From: Octopus sinensis | Taxonomy: Eukaryota | Direction of reading: 5' to 3' | Assembly: GCF_006345805.1 (NCBI RefSeq) | Contig: NW_021826394.1 | Span: forward strand, 1 to 13,047 | Length of the DNA: 13,047 nt | Part shown: one piece after another, positions 1 through 9,849 of the stretch | How the letters are laid out: every line of letters starts with the position of its first letter | Numbering within the stretch: position 1 is the stretch's first letter | Notes under the pieces: generated by a model | What the model saw: only the letters and a program-made list of their open reading frames with translations | Told to the model about the DNA's origin: nothing | Database searches by the model: none | Program-made: the position numbers and the translations under genes

Positions 1-136
1 TACGACGGGCTTCTTCCAGTTTCTGTCTACCAAATCCACTCACAAAGGTTTGGTCGGCCCAAGGTGCCACGCAGTGGGACTGAACCTGGAACCACGTGGT
101 GTTAACAAGCTACTTACCCACACAGCCACTCCTGCG
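1..136 (-). mobile_element. tRNA-derived SINE, 5' module (cut by window edge, internal ~25 nt deletion)
   Basis: Reverse strand has A-box-like TGGCTGTG(G)G and B-box-like GGTTCAGTCCC. It aligns with copies at 11450-11613, 11930-12094 and 12588-12727. Confidence 0.9.
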
Positions 137-138
137 TC

Positions 139-241
139 TAGATTTATAATTTTATGATTTTATTGTTTGTTGTTACTGTTTCATTGTTTACACGTGTTTT
201 ATGTAAACCTTCACCGTCCCTTGCTTTCTATCGCCCTTGTG
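139..241 (+). mobile_element. Probable 3' UTR remnant of a Tx1/L1-like element
   Basis: T-rich tract with TTTTATGT, ending in GCCCTTGTG. The same motifs end the 3' UTR at 1112-1130. The interiors are only loosely similar. Confidence 0.4.
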
Positions 242-913
242 TCTTGCGTGCGGCAATGCGGCCGGTGGTAGTTTCCACTCTAACGTTCTATAGAGGACTA
301 GTGGAGGCAAAGTGCGACGACGTTCTAGGGGAAATCCTGGGCGTCAATGAAGATCAAGTAATCGGTCTGTTTCGGAAAACTTTCCGGCCTGGGTCTATGG
401 ATAACTTCCAGAAACCCCTTGCCTGGCAGTGCTACCGAGAGGCGCTGCCTGTTCGGGATAAACTTTACAGGTACGGAAGTGCCATCAGCCGGGCCTGCAT
501 GAGGTACGCCCAGAACGAATTAAACCGTTCTGCAAGCCCTAGTCCAGTGCACGAGTATTGCTGACCTGAGTGTTTATGTCGAACACCTGATGTCGCCTGT
601 AGGACGGATCCGGCTACCAGCTGAATCCATTGTGAAGATTGCCCCGCCGCCCTCTTTTGGCTGGTAGGGACAGGCAATTTTTATTTGTCTAGTGGCTGTA
701 GTGAAAGAGGTAGTATGGTGGATCCATTTGAAAGGGCTAAAGACAGGCACTTTCTTCTTTGGCCAAGCCCTCATCACCTTGTCCAAGTTTAACTTGAAAA
801 GGAAGTTGAGGGTGGAAAAGAAAGTGTTGCCTTGTAGCAATTTTGTTGAAAGGTGGGTTAATGTTGGAAGAATGGCCAGTGTGAAAGGACCAATTCTGAG
901 TGTGCACCTGTAA
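242..913 (+). pseudogene. L1/Tx1-clade non-LTR retrotransposon ORF2 C-terminus (zf-RVT/CCHC region), frameshifted and 5'-truncated
   Basis: Three frames join: ...FYRGLVE...LAWQCYREALPVRDKLYRYG..SRACMRYAQNE / TVLQALVQC...YVEHLMS / LVAVVKEVVWW...SVHL* (TAA 911-913). This is a decayed C-x2-C...E(T)xxH...C knuckle followed by W-rich segments typical of Tx1/L1 ORF2 ends. Confidence 0.8.
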
Positions 914-1146
914 ACAAAAGAAGAAGGACTCTTGCCCTGTTGTTCAGGCACCCGTGGCTTTTGTTAGTTTTTCCACGAGAACCTTAAAGCGCCTCCCCTA
1001 TTGGAAGTTTAATTTGTTTAATTTTTAACTATTATTATATTATGTACACGCGAAAACCCATTGTATCGTCCTGGTTTTGTTTTTTATGTTGTTGCATGTC
1101 TTTTAATGTTATTTTATGTGAGCCCTTGTGACTAATAAAAGAATAA

Positions 1147-1147
<1 letters not shown>
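914..1147 (+). mobile_element. 3' UTR of the Tx1/L1-like element with AATAAA signals
   Basis: T-rich UTR after the stop, ending CTAATAAAAGAATAAA just before the microsatellite. Confidence 0.65.

Positions 1148-1233
<86 letters not shown>
1148..1233. repeat. Compound microsatellite (TTA)16(TCA)12, tail/target of R4-type copy 1
   Basis: Read directly. It is (TGA)n(TAA)n on the minus strand, abutting the 3' end of copy 1. Confidence 0.95.
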
Positions 1234-1399
1234 TTTCAATTTTGTTTTCATTTCGTGCCGACTGTCTTCCCGACACATAGAGCAAAGAAACTCACTGCAT
1301 GCATTAGTAGGCCATTTAAATAAACACGCCAGATTGTTCATTTACAAAGCCATGCGATAGAGAAAAAAAAAGCAATAAATGAATAAATCGATAAAAGAA

Positions 1400-1430
<31 letters not shown>

Positions 1431-2590
1431 GAAGGAAAGAAAAAAGAAAAAGGAAACAAGAAAAATTTTTAAATGCGAGAAAATGAAAAAAAAATGAAAT
1501 CAAAGAAAATAAAGGGGGAAAATGAAAGAAACTTCACAATGACAATGTACGTCTCAGTACGGGTGGTATACCAGTTAAAACAATCTTTTGCACTTCCTGC
1601 ATGGATGGTAAGCTAAGGATCATTCTCAAAAATAATTTCCAATTCCTTTCTTGATAATTCCAAGTAATCCTGTAACCACTGGTATTGTAACCGTCTTGAG
1701 ATGTCACATTTTTACGATTCAATCAATGAATCTTTTATTTTTCTGAGGTTATCAAATTCTTTTGCCGAGATATTATGATCACAAGATATGCTCATATCAA
1801 TCAATAAATAGATCTTATTGCTTTGGTCTTTCTTTGGTCTTTCACAACAATATCTGGTTTATTGGCTTTGATGGTTTGGTCTGTATGTACTGGAAAGTCT
1901 TGAAGAATCGTTACATTTTCTCCCTCAACGTCAGCTGTTTTGATTTTATAATATCGACATATTAACCAGTGTAGATATTGACCAACTCTGTCATGTCTAG
2001 ATTTATACTCTGTTGGTGCTAAAACCTTACACCCAGAGATTAGGTGGTCCACTGTTTCAATCTTATCGTTGCAGTATCGGAACTTTGGGTCTACTCCATT
2101 TTTCATCACGTTGGTTTGGTAGTTACTGGTCAATAAGCTTGAGCAGCTAAGATAAAGCCTTCGTTCTCTGCCTTTAGCCTTGGCCTCCGTAGCCACTGAT
2201 GGTGTGCTTTTGGTCTACATCATCTTGTTTACTATGGGCTACATATTTGCCACACAGAGGGGTTTTTTTCCCCCACGTATCAGCCATTTGTTCAAATGTT
2301 TTTTGCTTTGCCATTGATTTCACCTCCTTTGCAACAATAATTGCCGCACTTCCATCATGCTGTTCAATCTAAATATTATGCATGAACTCACTAGTTCGAT
2401 GAGTTTTAGCATCCAGTCATTAGATGTTTCAAGATATTTGGCCAGTCCAAGTGTGGTGGTTTTGTTAGAAATCTCAAATTGGATCAAGCTTTCACCTCCT
2501 TGAGCTCCAGGAAGTAAAAGACGATTGCGTCTGCCTTTGGGTGATGCATCTTACTGCAAGTCAGCAGCTAACGGATTTTCCCTGTCTATC
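1234..2590 (-). mobile_element. R4/Dong-clade (RLE) non-LTR retrotransposon copy 1, 5'-truncated and decayed
   Basis: Minus-strand fragments: DRKIR..L...MHHPKAD; (C)RYCNDKIETVDHLISGCKVLAPTEYKSRHDRV..LHW (CCHC + RHD); KANKPDIVVKD (PD-D/ExK nuclease); EVQKIVLTG...LRRTLSL* (stop 1534-1536). A ~300 nt 3' UTR includes a (TTTC)n tract. Confidence 0.88.
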
Positions 2591-2646
2591 ATCACATCAT
2601 CATCATCGTCGTCGTCATCGTCATCGTCGTCGTCGTCGTCGTCATC

Positions 2647-2680
<34 letters not shown>

Positions 2681-2682
2681 TA

Positions 2683-2713
<31 letters not shown>

Positions 2714-2798
2714 GTTATTGTTATTGTTATTATTATTATTGTTATTATTATTATTTTATTATATTATTATTATTATATTATTATTTATTATTATTATT
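2587..2798. repeat. Compound microsatellite (TCA)n/(TCG)n/(TTA)n/(TTG) variants
   Basis: Read directly. It lies between the 5' end of copy 1 and the 3' end of copy 2. Confidence 0.95.
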
Positions 2799-3632
2799 CA
2801 GTAGTTTTATTTTTATAGCGGGCTTTCACTTCACTACCGAGCCAGCTCTGTTTGCCTTGGGTATGTGCTGTGATTTGTTGTGATGCTCTGATGGTTATTG
2901 TATGGAAAGTGTTCTGTGTAGGATGTGTGCAGTGCCTAGTAGTGCAATTTTCTGTATGTTATATGTGTTTGTAAGTCCTGGTGTTTTTGTTATGTATTGT
3001 CTGAATATTTTTTTATCATGCCTAATGCACTACTATGATAGGATGTTTCTGTTTTCAGATTCCACATTCTAGTTACCTCTATTTCCAGGTCTTTGTATTT
3101 TGAGAGTTCTCCATTTCTTTAGAGACACGTTGTCATCTGCCGGTATTGATATCATCAATTAGAAAGCTTTTTTCTTCATGGTCTCTGACAACTATATCTG
3201 GTCGTTGGCCTTAATTTCTCTATCTGTGTGTATCGGCATATCCCAGAGTATGGTGCTTTCTCGTTTTCTGTGACCTTTTCTGGTGTGTGCCTATACCATC
3301 TTTTTTCTGTTGTTATTCCATAATGTTGGCATAGCTTCCAATGTATGTAGGTTCCAACTCTGTCATGTCTGTGAATATTCCTTCTTACCAGGACTGGGCA
3401 GCTAGAGATAATATGATTTATTGTTTCTTGTCCATCTCCACATATTCTGCAGTTACTTGTAATATTTCTTTTCATTACATGTTTTTGGTAATTTCTGGTG
3501 GGGAGGCTTTGGTCTTGTGCTGCAATTAAAAATCCCTGTTTCTGCTTTGAGTCCTGAGCTTCTCAACCATTGCTGGGATTTTTCTTTGTCTATTTCTTTT
3601 GCGTTTAGTTTAGTCCAGTATTTACCATGAAT
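2799..3632 (-). mobile_element. R4/Dong-clade retrotransposon copy 2, 5'-truncated (zinc knuckle + RLE + 3' UTR)
   Basis: HGKYW...QWLRSSGLKAET; CRICGDGQETINHIISSC; RHDRVGTYIHW; RPDIVVRD; KYKDLEIE; IQKIALLGTAHILHRTLSIQ* (stop 2895-2897). Several frameshifts. ~95 nt 3' UTR. Confidence 0.9.
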
Positions 3633-3642
3633 TATTATTACC

Positions 3643-3644
<2 letters not shown>

Positions 3645-3725
<81 letters not shown>
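3645..3725. repeat. (TTA)~27 microsatellite, tail/target between copies 2 and 3
   Basis: Pure TTA run. Confidence 0.95.
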
Positions 3726-3727
<2 letters not shown>

Positions 3728-5364
3728 TTATGTTTGACTTTTGTTTTATGTCTGTACAAGTTGGCTCCAAGTCCCACCTAGAGACCTCAAGAGACAACAA
3801 GTTAGAAGTTCATGTTGGTGTTATGCCTCGGAGTTTATATATTTGGTTTTGTATAGTGTTGTTCTAGAGAATGTTTAAGAAGCCATAAGAAAATTATGTT
3901 TGTCTTAAAATTTGAGATTACATAGACAGTATTTTACGTAGGATATGGATAGTTCCCATGAGCACTAGCTTTGGAATTTCTGCCATTTGGCGTTTCCTGG
4001 TATCTGAGCTAGGTAGCAATCAAACCCTTTTGCTATCATTCCTAGGGTACCTATGACAACAGGTATTGTTTTAGTCTTCAGGTTCCACATATTGCTAATT
4101 TCTATTTCAAGATCTTTATACTTGTTCATTTTTAGGTAAGTCTTAATAAATATGTTTATATCGATTGGGACAATCATATCAATGAGGAGGCATGGTTTTT
4201 GTCTGAAGTCTTTTAATATGATGTCTGGCTTATTTGCATCTAGCTTTCTGTCAATTTGAATGATGAAGTTCCAGAGGAGTGAGATGTGACCATTTTCAAG
4301 CACTAGGGATGGCTTGTGTTCCCACCAGTTTTTATCATGGAGAAAGTCCAGGCTTTTGCAAATTACCCAGTGAATATATTTTGTAGCTTTATCATGCCTG
4401 TTGAGATACTCTTTAGGCGCAAGAAGGCTGCACTTGGAGACAACATGATCAATGGTTTCATTTTGTTGTTGACATACACGACATATTGGGGAGCTGCCGT
4501 TCTTTAATATGTTGGCCTGGTAGTTCCTTGTAGGTAGGCATTGATCTTGGGCTGCTATGATAAACCCTTCTGTTTCTGATTTTAAGCCAGAAGCCAATAG
4601 CCATTGATGGGTCAGGGCTTTGTCAACATCGGCATTATTCACTCTCTTTGGGTATTTGCCATTGAGAGGTTTTTCTTGCAAATTTATCATTCAGAATATC
4701 TAAGGCAGCAGTTTTAGCACTGGTTTTCATGCGCTTAGCTTTTTCTGCGCTTGTTTCTAGTACGTCTAATTCAGAATTCACTTAGTTATTCCCTTGCCTG
4801 TTTTGTTACTGAGTATGATGTTTCTTGTTTTCATGTTTTGAGGCAAGTTTTAACATCCAGTCCTCAGAGTTTTTCAGGTAGGTGTCTAGGCCAATTGTGG
4901 CAATCTTCATTGTTAATACCAGTTGTAAAAGTCCACGACCTTCCTCTTTTCTTGGCAGATAAAGTCGTTCTATATCTGCCTTAGGGTGGTGCAGTCTATA
5001 CATTGTCAACAGTTTTCGTATTTTTCTGCCAAGATTACATTTTTCAGTAATTGACCAGTTAATGATATTGAAACTGCGAGTTACGACTGGTATGGCTAAA
5101 GCATTGATTGCTTCGATCCTGTTTCTTGGCTTCATCTGTCTTGAGTATTGCTCTCACCCTGCGATAACATTCTCTTCTGATCCTTTCCCTCATCACTGCA
5201 TGTTTGATTCCCTCCCCTTCAATTACTCCTAAGTATTTGTAGCTCTCCGCTGGTTCTAACCTTTTTACGACATTCTGCTGGTCAAAGTTAAAGTTAGATG
5301 TTTCTGTCAATTTTCCTTCGATAAAGGTAGCTTTTGCACATTTATCGAGGCCAAATTGCATCCC
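3726..5364 (-). mobile_element. R4/Dong-clade retrotransposon copy 3, 5'-truncated within late RT motifs
   Basis: GMQFGLDKCAK; YKYLG; NRIEAINALAIPVV; HHPKADIERLYLPRKEEGRGL; GLKSETEGFIIAAQDQCLPTRNY; CRVCQQQNETIDHVVSKC; RHD; KPDIILKD; KYKDLEIE; frameshifted end LMGTIHILRKILSM* (stop 3918-3920). ~190 nt 3' UTR. Confidence 0.92.
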
Positions 5365-5369
5365 TCTAA

Positions 5370-6330
5370 AAAAGAGCTTTCTTTACCAAACTAAGCAAAA
5401 GACACGGCATTAAAAGCTGTTTATGAAATTGGAAAGGAGTATTTTCATCAGTGTAATGAACCTGTCTATATACCGTTTACTGCTGCAAAATAGTGCATGT
5501 ATGACACTCAAAAAGTAATCAAAACCGAAACAAGAAAGAAAGTTGCATAATGAGTTTTTAAGACAGAGAGAAAGATAACTGATTTATGGAAGACCATCAG
5601 CCATGTGACGATGCTTATTGCTTGCAAACAGGCAAAATAACTTTACGTCTCACCAACAAAAAGTGAAGAAAGAGATAGAAGTGATGTTTGGAGATCGCAA
5701 AAGGAATCTACTCACTTGTAAACTGATCACCTTCAAGCAGGAGGTAAAAGCTGTCAGTGTGAAACCCTGGCATCAGAAAAGGATAACCGAGAGAAAGACA
5801 ATAGACAAAATATTTAATCGGAACCGGGCAGCAGTGTACAGAAACATGAGAGGAGAAGCAATAAACATCATAGAAGCTCTTTCACGAGAAGACATAGACT
5901 TTTTTCTGGAGGAAAATATGGAGAGAAGAGATGGAGTTTAACCAAGATGCTCTGTGGCTGAAAGACATACGAAGGAGTTATTGTCCCTACATTACACCCA
6001 AGATGTACAGCATTGATGGTGATACCCTTATAACTGTGAGCTAGAAACTCCAGGTTGGAAAAGTACCTGGAAGACATTTGTTTGTTGAATACTGGTACCA
6101 GAAGCTAACCTTCTACCGAACATATCTTATCAACCTGTAACAGCAAGCTCTCAGTAGGAACAGTAGCATACCACATTAGTTAGCTCTGACCGAGACAGAA
6201 CTGATCCCCAAATGCAGAACCATCCACATAACAAAAAATCCCTGATCAATTGCGTGTCAGAGTTTAATATATAGAATATATACAACATATTTAAACCTTT
6301 TCCTCCAAGACCATTATTAACAAAGCAACA
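5370..6330 (+). mobile_element. R4/Dong-type ORF fragment (pre-RT region to RT motifs 1-2), opposite orientation to copy 3, decayed
   Basis: KITDLWKTIS; ERKTIDKIFNRNRAAVYRNMRG; WREEMEFNQDALWLKDI; GKVPG..D...YWYQKL; IPH*LAL..T.LIPK; KNP*SIACQSLIYRIYT (decayed NYRPIAC motif). Many stops and frameshifts. Confidence 0.72.
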
Positions 6331-6601
6331 AGACTTTTGACTTAAGAGAGTTCCCGGTGTTTGTGAATATGTGGTTGAGGTTGTATGTTGGTTGAACTGT
6401 CCATGAACACATCCAAGTGTGTGCATCTATTCACCTTAAGAATCGCAGGTGGAGAATCTTTGAAATGCCCTACAAATCTTCACTGTACTGCTACTAGATT
6501 GACTTTGAGGAATCCATGGTAGTGTCTTTTGTTTTTTCTTCGAAAAACTTAGTGTTCTTCAAACATTGCTCATTGTTCATCAATCATTCTTCAAACATTG
6601 T

Positions 6602-6830
6602 TTAATCCTTTAGCGCTTAAATCCAACCATATCTAGCCGAAATATTTTACCTGTTTCATGTTCAAACCAATCAGATCCAGTTTCTCACACCTCTGCTACA
6701 ATATCATTGTAGGAATAAACAATCATATCATTAAAACCTCAAAGTTTTAAGATAATGCATGATTAATTCAAATTAACGTGTATAAATAAGCGTTACATTA
6801 GACAGAGTAATCCGAATGCGAAAGGGTTGA
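6602..6830. mobile_element. piggyBac-like MITE, degenerate
   Basis: TTAA|TCCTTTAGCGCTT ... GAATGCGAAAGGG|TTGA: imperfect TIRs (~8/13) with CCC/GGG-type ends and a TTAA/TTGA target duplication. No coding capacity. Confidence 0.6.
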
Positions 6831-6978
6831 TCAAATTCATTTAAACATTTTTCGAACATTGCTCACAAATTTGCTTTCCAAATTAATTTTAAAATCACCA
6901 ACCAAGAGATCAAATTTTACTCGAATCGTGTTTGAAGAAGGAAGAAAAAAAGTAAACTATTATTAATGGGAAGTTGTT

Positions 6979-7049
6979 GATCATAGGATTGTTGAATCAA
7001 GCTAATCGAGGGCTAAACACCGCCACCAACAACAACAACATCAACAACG
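6979..7049 (+). mobile_element. Possible degraded SINE 3' end with (CAA)n tail
   Basis: GATCATAGG...GGGCTAAAC followed by (CAA)-rich repeats. It resembles a SINE tail from memory only. Confidence 0.3.
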
Positions 7050-7311
7050 ATGGAGGCTGTGCAAGTTTCATCAATTTGTTAGTCATAAGAGATAATTATC
7101 CCTTAAATTATGCCATATCGTTTTGCAAAAACGGATAGACACAATGGAAAATGAATTTCTTTATATTTAAAACATTGGATGGTCATAGCTGAGACACTCT
7201 GAAATTTATTTTGATCGGGGTTGACTTGTTGATTAACAAGGACTGAATATTCTAAACCTCAGGAAATTTGCTTCAAATTGTCGAACTTCTTTCCCCCCTC
7301 CCTCCCTTTAG

Positions 7312-7426
7312 TAAATATCTACTTATTTGCAACAGTTCTGACAAACAAGATGGAAAACATATGGAAGAAGCATGCAGAATCTCCGATTCCTTTTGATATA
7401 TTTTTGCGTTTTGGTATTACAAGCAG
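7312..7426 (+). CDS. Candidate internal exon of an unidentified host gene (NIYLFATVLTNKMENIWKKHAESPIPFDIFLRFGITS)
   Basis: Polypyrimidine tract CTTCTTTCCCCCCTCCCTCCCTTT + AG (7310-7311); one open frame; donor CAG|GTACTG at 7426/7427; non-repetitive, protein-like composition. An alternative acceptor lies at 7334-7335. No homology recognised. Confidence 0.4.
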
Positions 7427-7452
7427 GTACTGTTTATCTAAAGAGCACGTAC

Positions 7453-7573
7453 CTGTCTGTCTGTCTGTCTGCCTCTATCATCTATCTATCTATCTATCTA
7501 TCTTCTATCTATCTATCTATCTATCTATCTATCGATCTATCTATCTATCTATCTCTCTCTCTCGCTCTCTCTA

Positions 7574-7619
<46 letters not shown>

Positions 7620-7770
7620 GTGTGGTTTGTGTGTGCGCGTGCGTATTTATGATGTATGTGTGTGTGTCTGCGCGCGCACTTATGTTTGTGTACATACAGA
7701 TATACATACATATATATATACATACATATATATATATATATATATATCTATATATAATATATATATATAT

Positions 7771-7829
<59 letters not shown>
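7453..7829. repeat. Compound microsatellite (CTGT)n(CTAT)n(CT)n(AT)n(GT)n...(AT)n
   Basis: Read directly. Confidence 0.95.
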
Positions 7830-7834
<5 letters not shown>

Positions 7835-8036
7835 TAGGAAAACTAGAAGTTGAGAATGCACTGAGAATAGTTACAAATTTTTTATTAATAAATCTAAAAG
7901 CTTTAACCATTTCACAGTTTACACGGATTTTCAAAAAGTGCAAATAGAAAGACGTGACTTATGCCGCAGCTGTTTTGCTTCTGACTGGTGTTTGAAGCTT
8001 GCCCTATTTTTAAGGGGAGTTCACGGCTCAAATTAT

Positions 8037-8343
8037 TGTATGTTTTGAACAAGATTTTGTTGGTAGAGGATAATCACATGACTGGTCCCAGAAATTTTTA
8101 TAGCTTCCCGGCAACGTCCGTGTGTTAGTATCAAGTGACAATGTTTGGCGTCGTAAGTTAAGGCTCACTGATCATGTCCAAACAATCAATGCTCTGAATG
8201 TTTTCTGTGAAGTGTTTGTAGAGAATGAACAGATGACTAAGCTTATAACCTTTTGTACATTTCCCGCTACGTCCGTGCGTTAGAATATTTTGCGCCTAAA
8301 AAGAACGGTCGAGTGAACATGTTTAGTTATAATCAAGGCACTC
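8037..8343 (-). repeat. Inverted copy of the Penelope pseudo-LTR
   Basis: Diverged reverse complement of 9990-10302 (e.g. CAAGGCACTC 8334-8343 vs GAGTGCCTTG 9990-9999), with short indels. Confidence 0.9.
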
Positions 8344-9849
8344 GTAACAGGTCCGAACTGTGAAACATACAGACTCAGCAACTTTTTAGATATATTACTG
8401 ATACCTATTTTAAAATATTTACCAAGTCTTGTAAGGGACTATCCGGATCTGTTAAACCACCTTCCAAAATTCATAAACAATGGTATCTTTTGATGTGGTA
8501 AACCTATACCACAATCCCACACCAATACGGACTAGAGGTAATAAATTTCTAGCTTGAGAATTCCCTCATGAAATCCCAGATAGAATTGAAAAGAGTTTCA
8601 TCACTGAGGGATAAAACAACTTTTTTGACTTCGATGGCAATATTTACAAATAAAAATCTGGGACTGCGATGGCGTCAAAAGTTGCTCCGACTTACGCCAG
8701 TCTAGTCAAGGCATACATGGAGTTCCAGATATATGAACAATGTAAATTGATATATGGGTTGAACTTCTACAAATATGTACCAGAAAACTGGAAATGTTAC
8801 CAAGATGACTGTCCAATCCTATGGACGCACACATTTGAACAACTTACAGATTTCAAAAATCTAATCAACAGCATAAACAATAATATTAACTTTACTATGG
8901 AATACAGTAAAACTCAACTACCATTCCTGGATATACTAATCATCAAAAGATATGAAAACTTTGAAACAGATGTTCACTACAAACAAACAGATTCTAAACA
9001 ATATTTACTGTTCTCCTCATGCGATCGCAAACACATGAAGAATAATATCATCTTTAATCTAGCAAGAAGAATCTGCACAATTGTCTCAAACCCTGAAACT
9101 CGCAATAAAAGACTCCAGGAACTAAAACAAGTACTACTTAAAAGATAATATCCATTAATGTTAATAGACAACAGAATAGAACGTGTCAAAGCAATAAATA
9201 TCTAAGAACTACGAAAAACAAAGAACGTTCCCGATACATCCTATATTCTACCCTTTATTGCAACACACAAACCAAGAAACACAGAGGTTTACAATATTAT
9301 CCACCAGAACATCCCACTACTAAAACAAGACCCATGAAGGAAACAAACATTCGAAATACACAAAATAATCAAAAGTAAAAGGCTAAGTCCCTCCAAAAAT
9401 TCCTCACAAGTGTTAAATTACCTTCCACAATTCCTACACCAACAGTTAAAGAGTCTGGTCGCCCCAAGTGTGGGACCTGCATCAACGTTATTGAAGACAG
9501 AACATACAAATTCAAATCAGGACAGATTTTTACTGTAAAAAATCACTTTACATGTTCTTTAAGAAATTTGATATACGCTGGCAAATGTCAAGGATGTAAT
9601 GAAGATTACATAGGTCAAACAAAGCTTACTCTAAGAAATAGACTGACCATACACCGACAACAAGTACGAGACCCCAGTACTAGATAGATTCCACTGAGTG
9701 GACACATAGACATATGTGCAAAAAATATGTCCCCCAAATTCCAGGTCTTCCCACTCTACCTATGTTCAGCGAATACCACAGATGAAGCACGGATAAACAA
9801 AGAAAATACGTTCATACAAAAGTCCAAACCAAGACTCAACAAGCTTTAA
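8344..9849 (+). pseudogene. Penelope-like element ORF (RT + GIY-YIG endonuclease), 5'-truncated, with stops and frameshifts
   Basis: GPNCETYRLSNFLDILL; YTTIPHQYGL; GTAMASKVAPTYASL; WKCYQDDC (YQDD 8798-8809); LPFLDI; DVHYKQTDSKQYL; GRPKCGTC linker; LIYAGKCQGCNEDYIGQT (GIY-YIG, 9568-9621); KSKPRLNKL* (TAA 9847-9849). Premature TAG at 9685-9687. Confidence 0.92.

Noticed and set aside
350-359. AAGATCAAGT resembling U2 snRNA, a known target of some Tx1 elements
   Set aside because: It is a 10-nt match inside the ORF2 reading frame, not at a junction.
154-564. 136-aa ORF with a hydrophobic N-terminus resembling a secreted protein
   Set aside because: It is chimeric: T-rich UTR-like DNA read into the Tx1 ORF2 remnant, ending by frameshift.
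1035-1341. Poly-M/I/D/N ORFs, and similar ones at 2525-2818, 7278-7943, 10579-11212 and 12157-13028
   Set aside because: These are translations of microsatellites or low-complexity DNA (apart from the 7312-7426 candidate exon).
8669-9148. Intact standalone reverse transcriptase gene
   Set aside because: It is the longest open piece of a 5'-truncated Penelope ORF with flanking stops and frameshifts.
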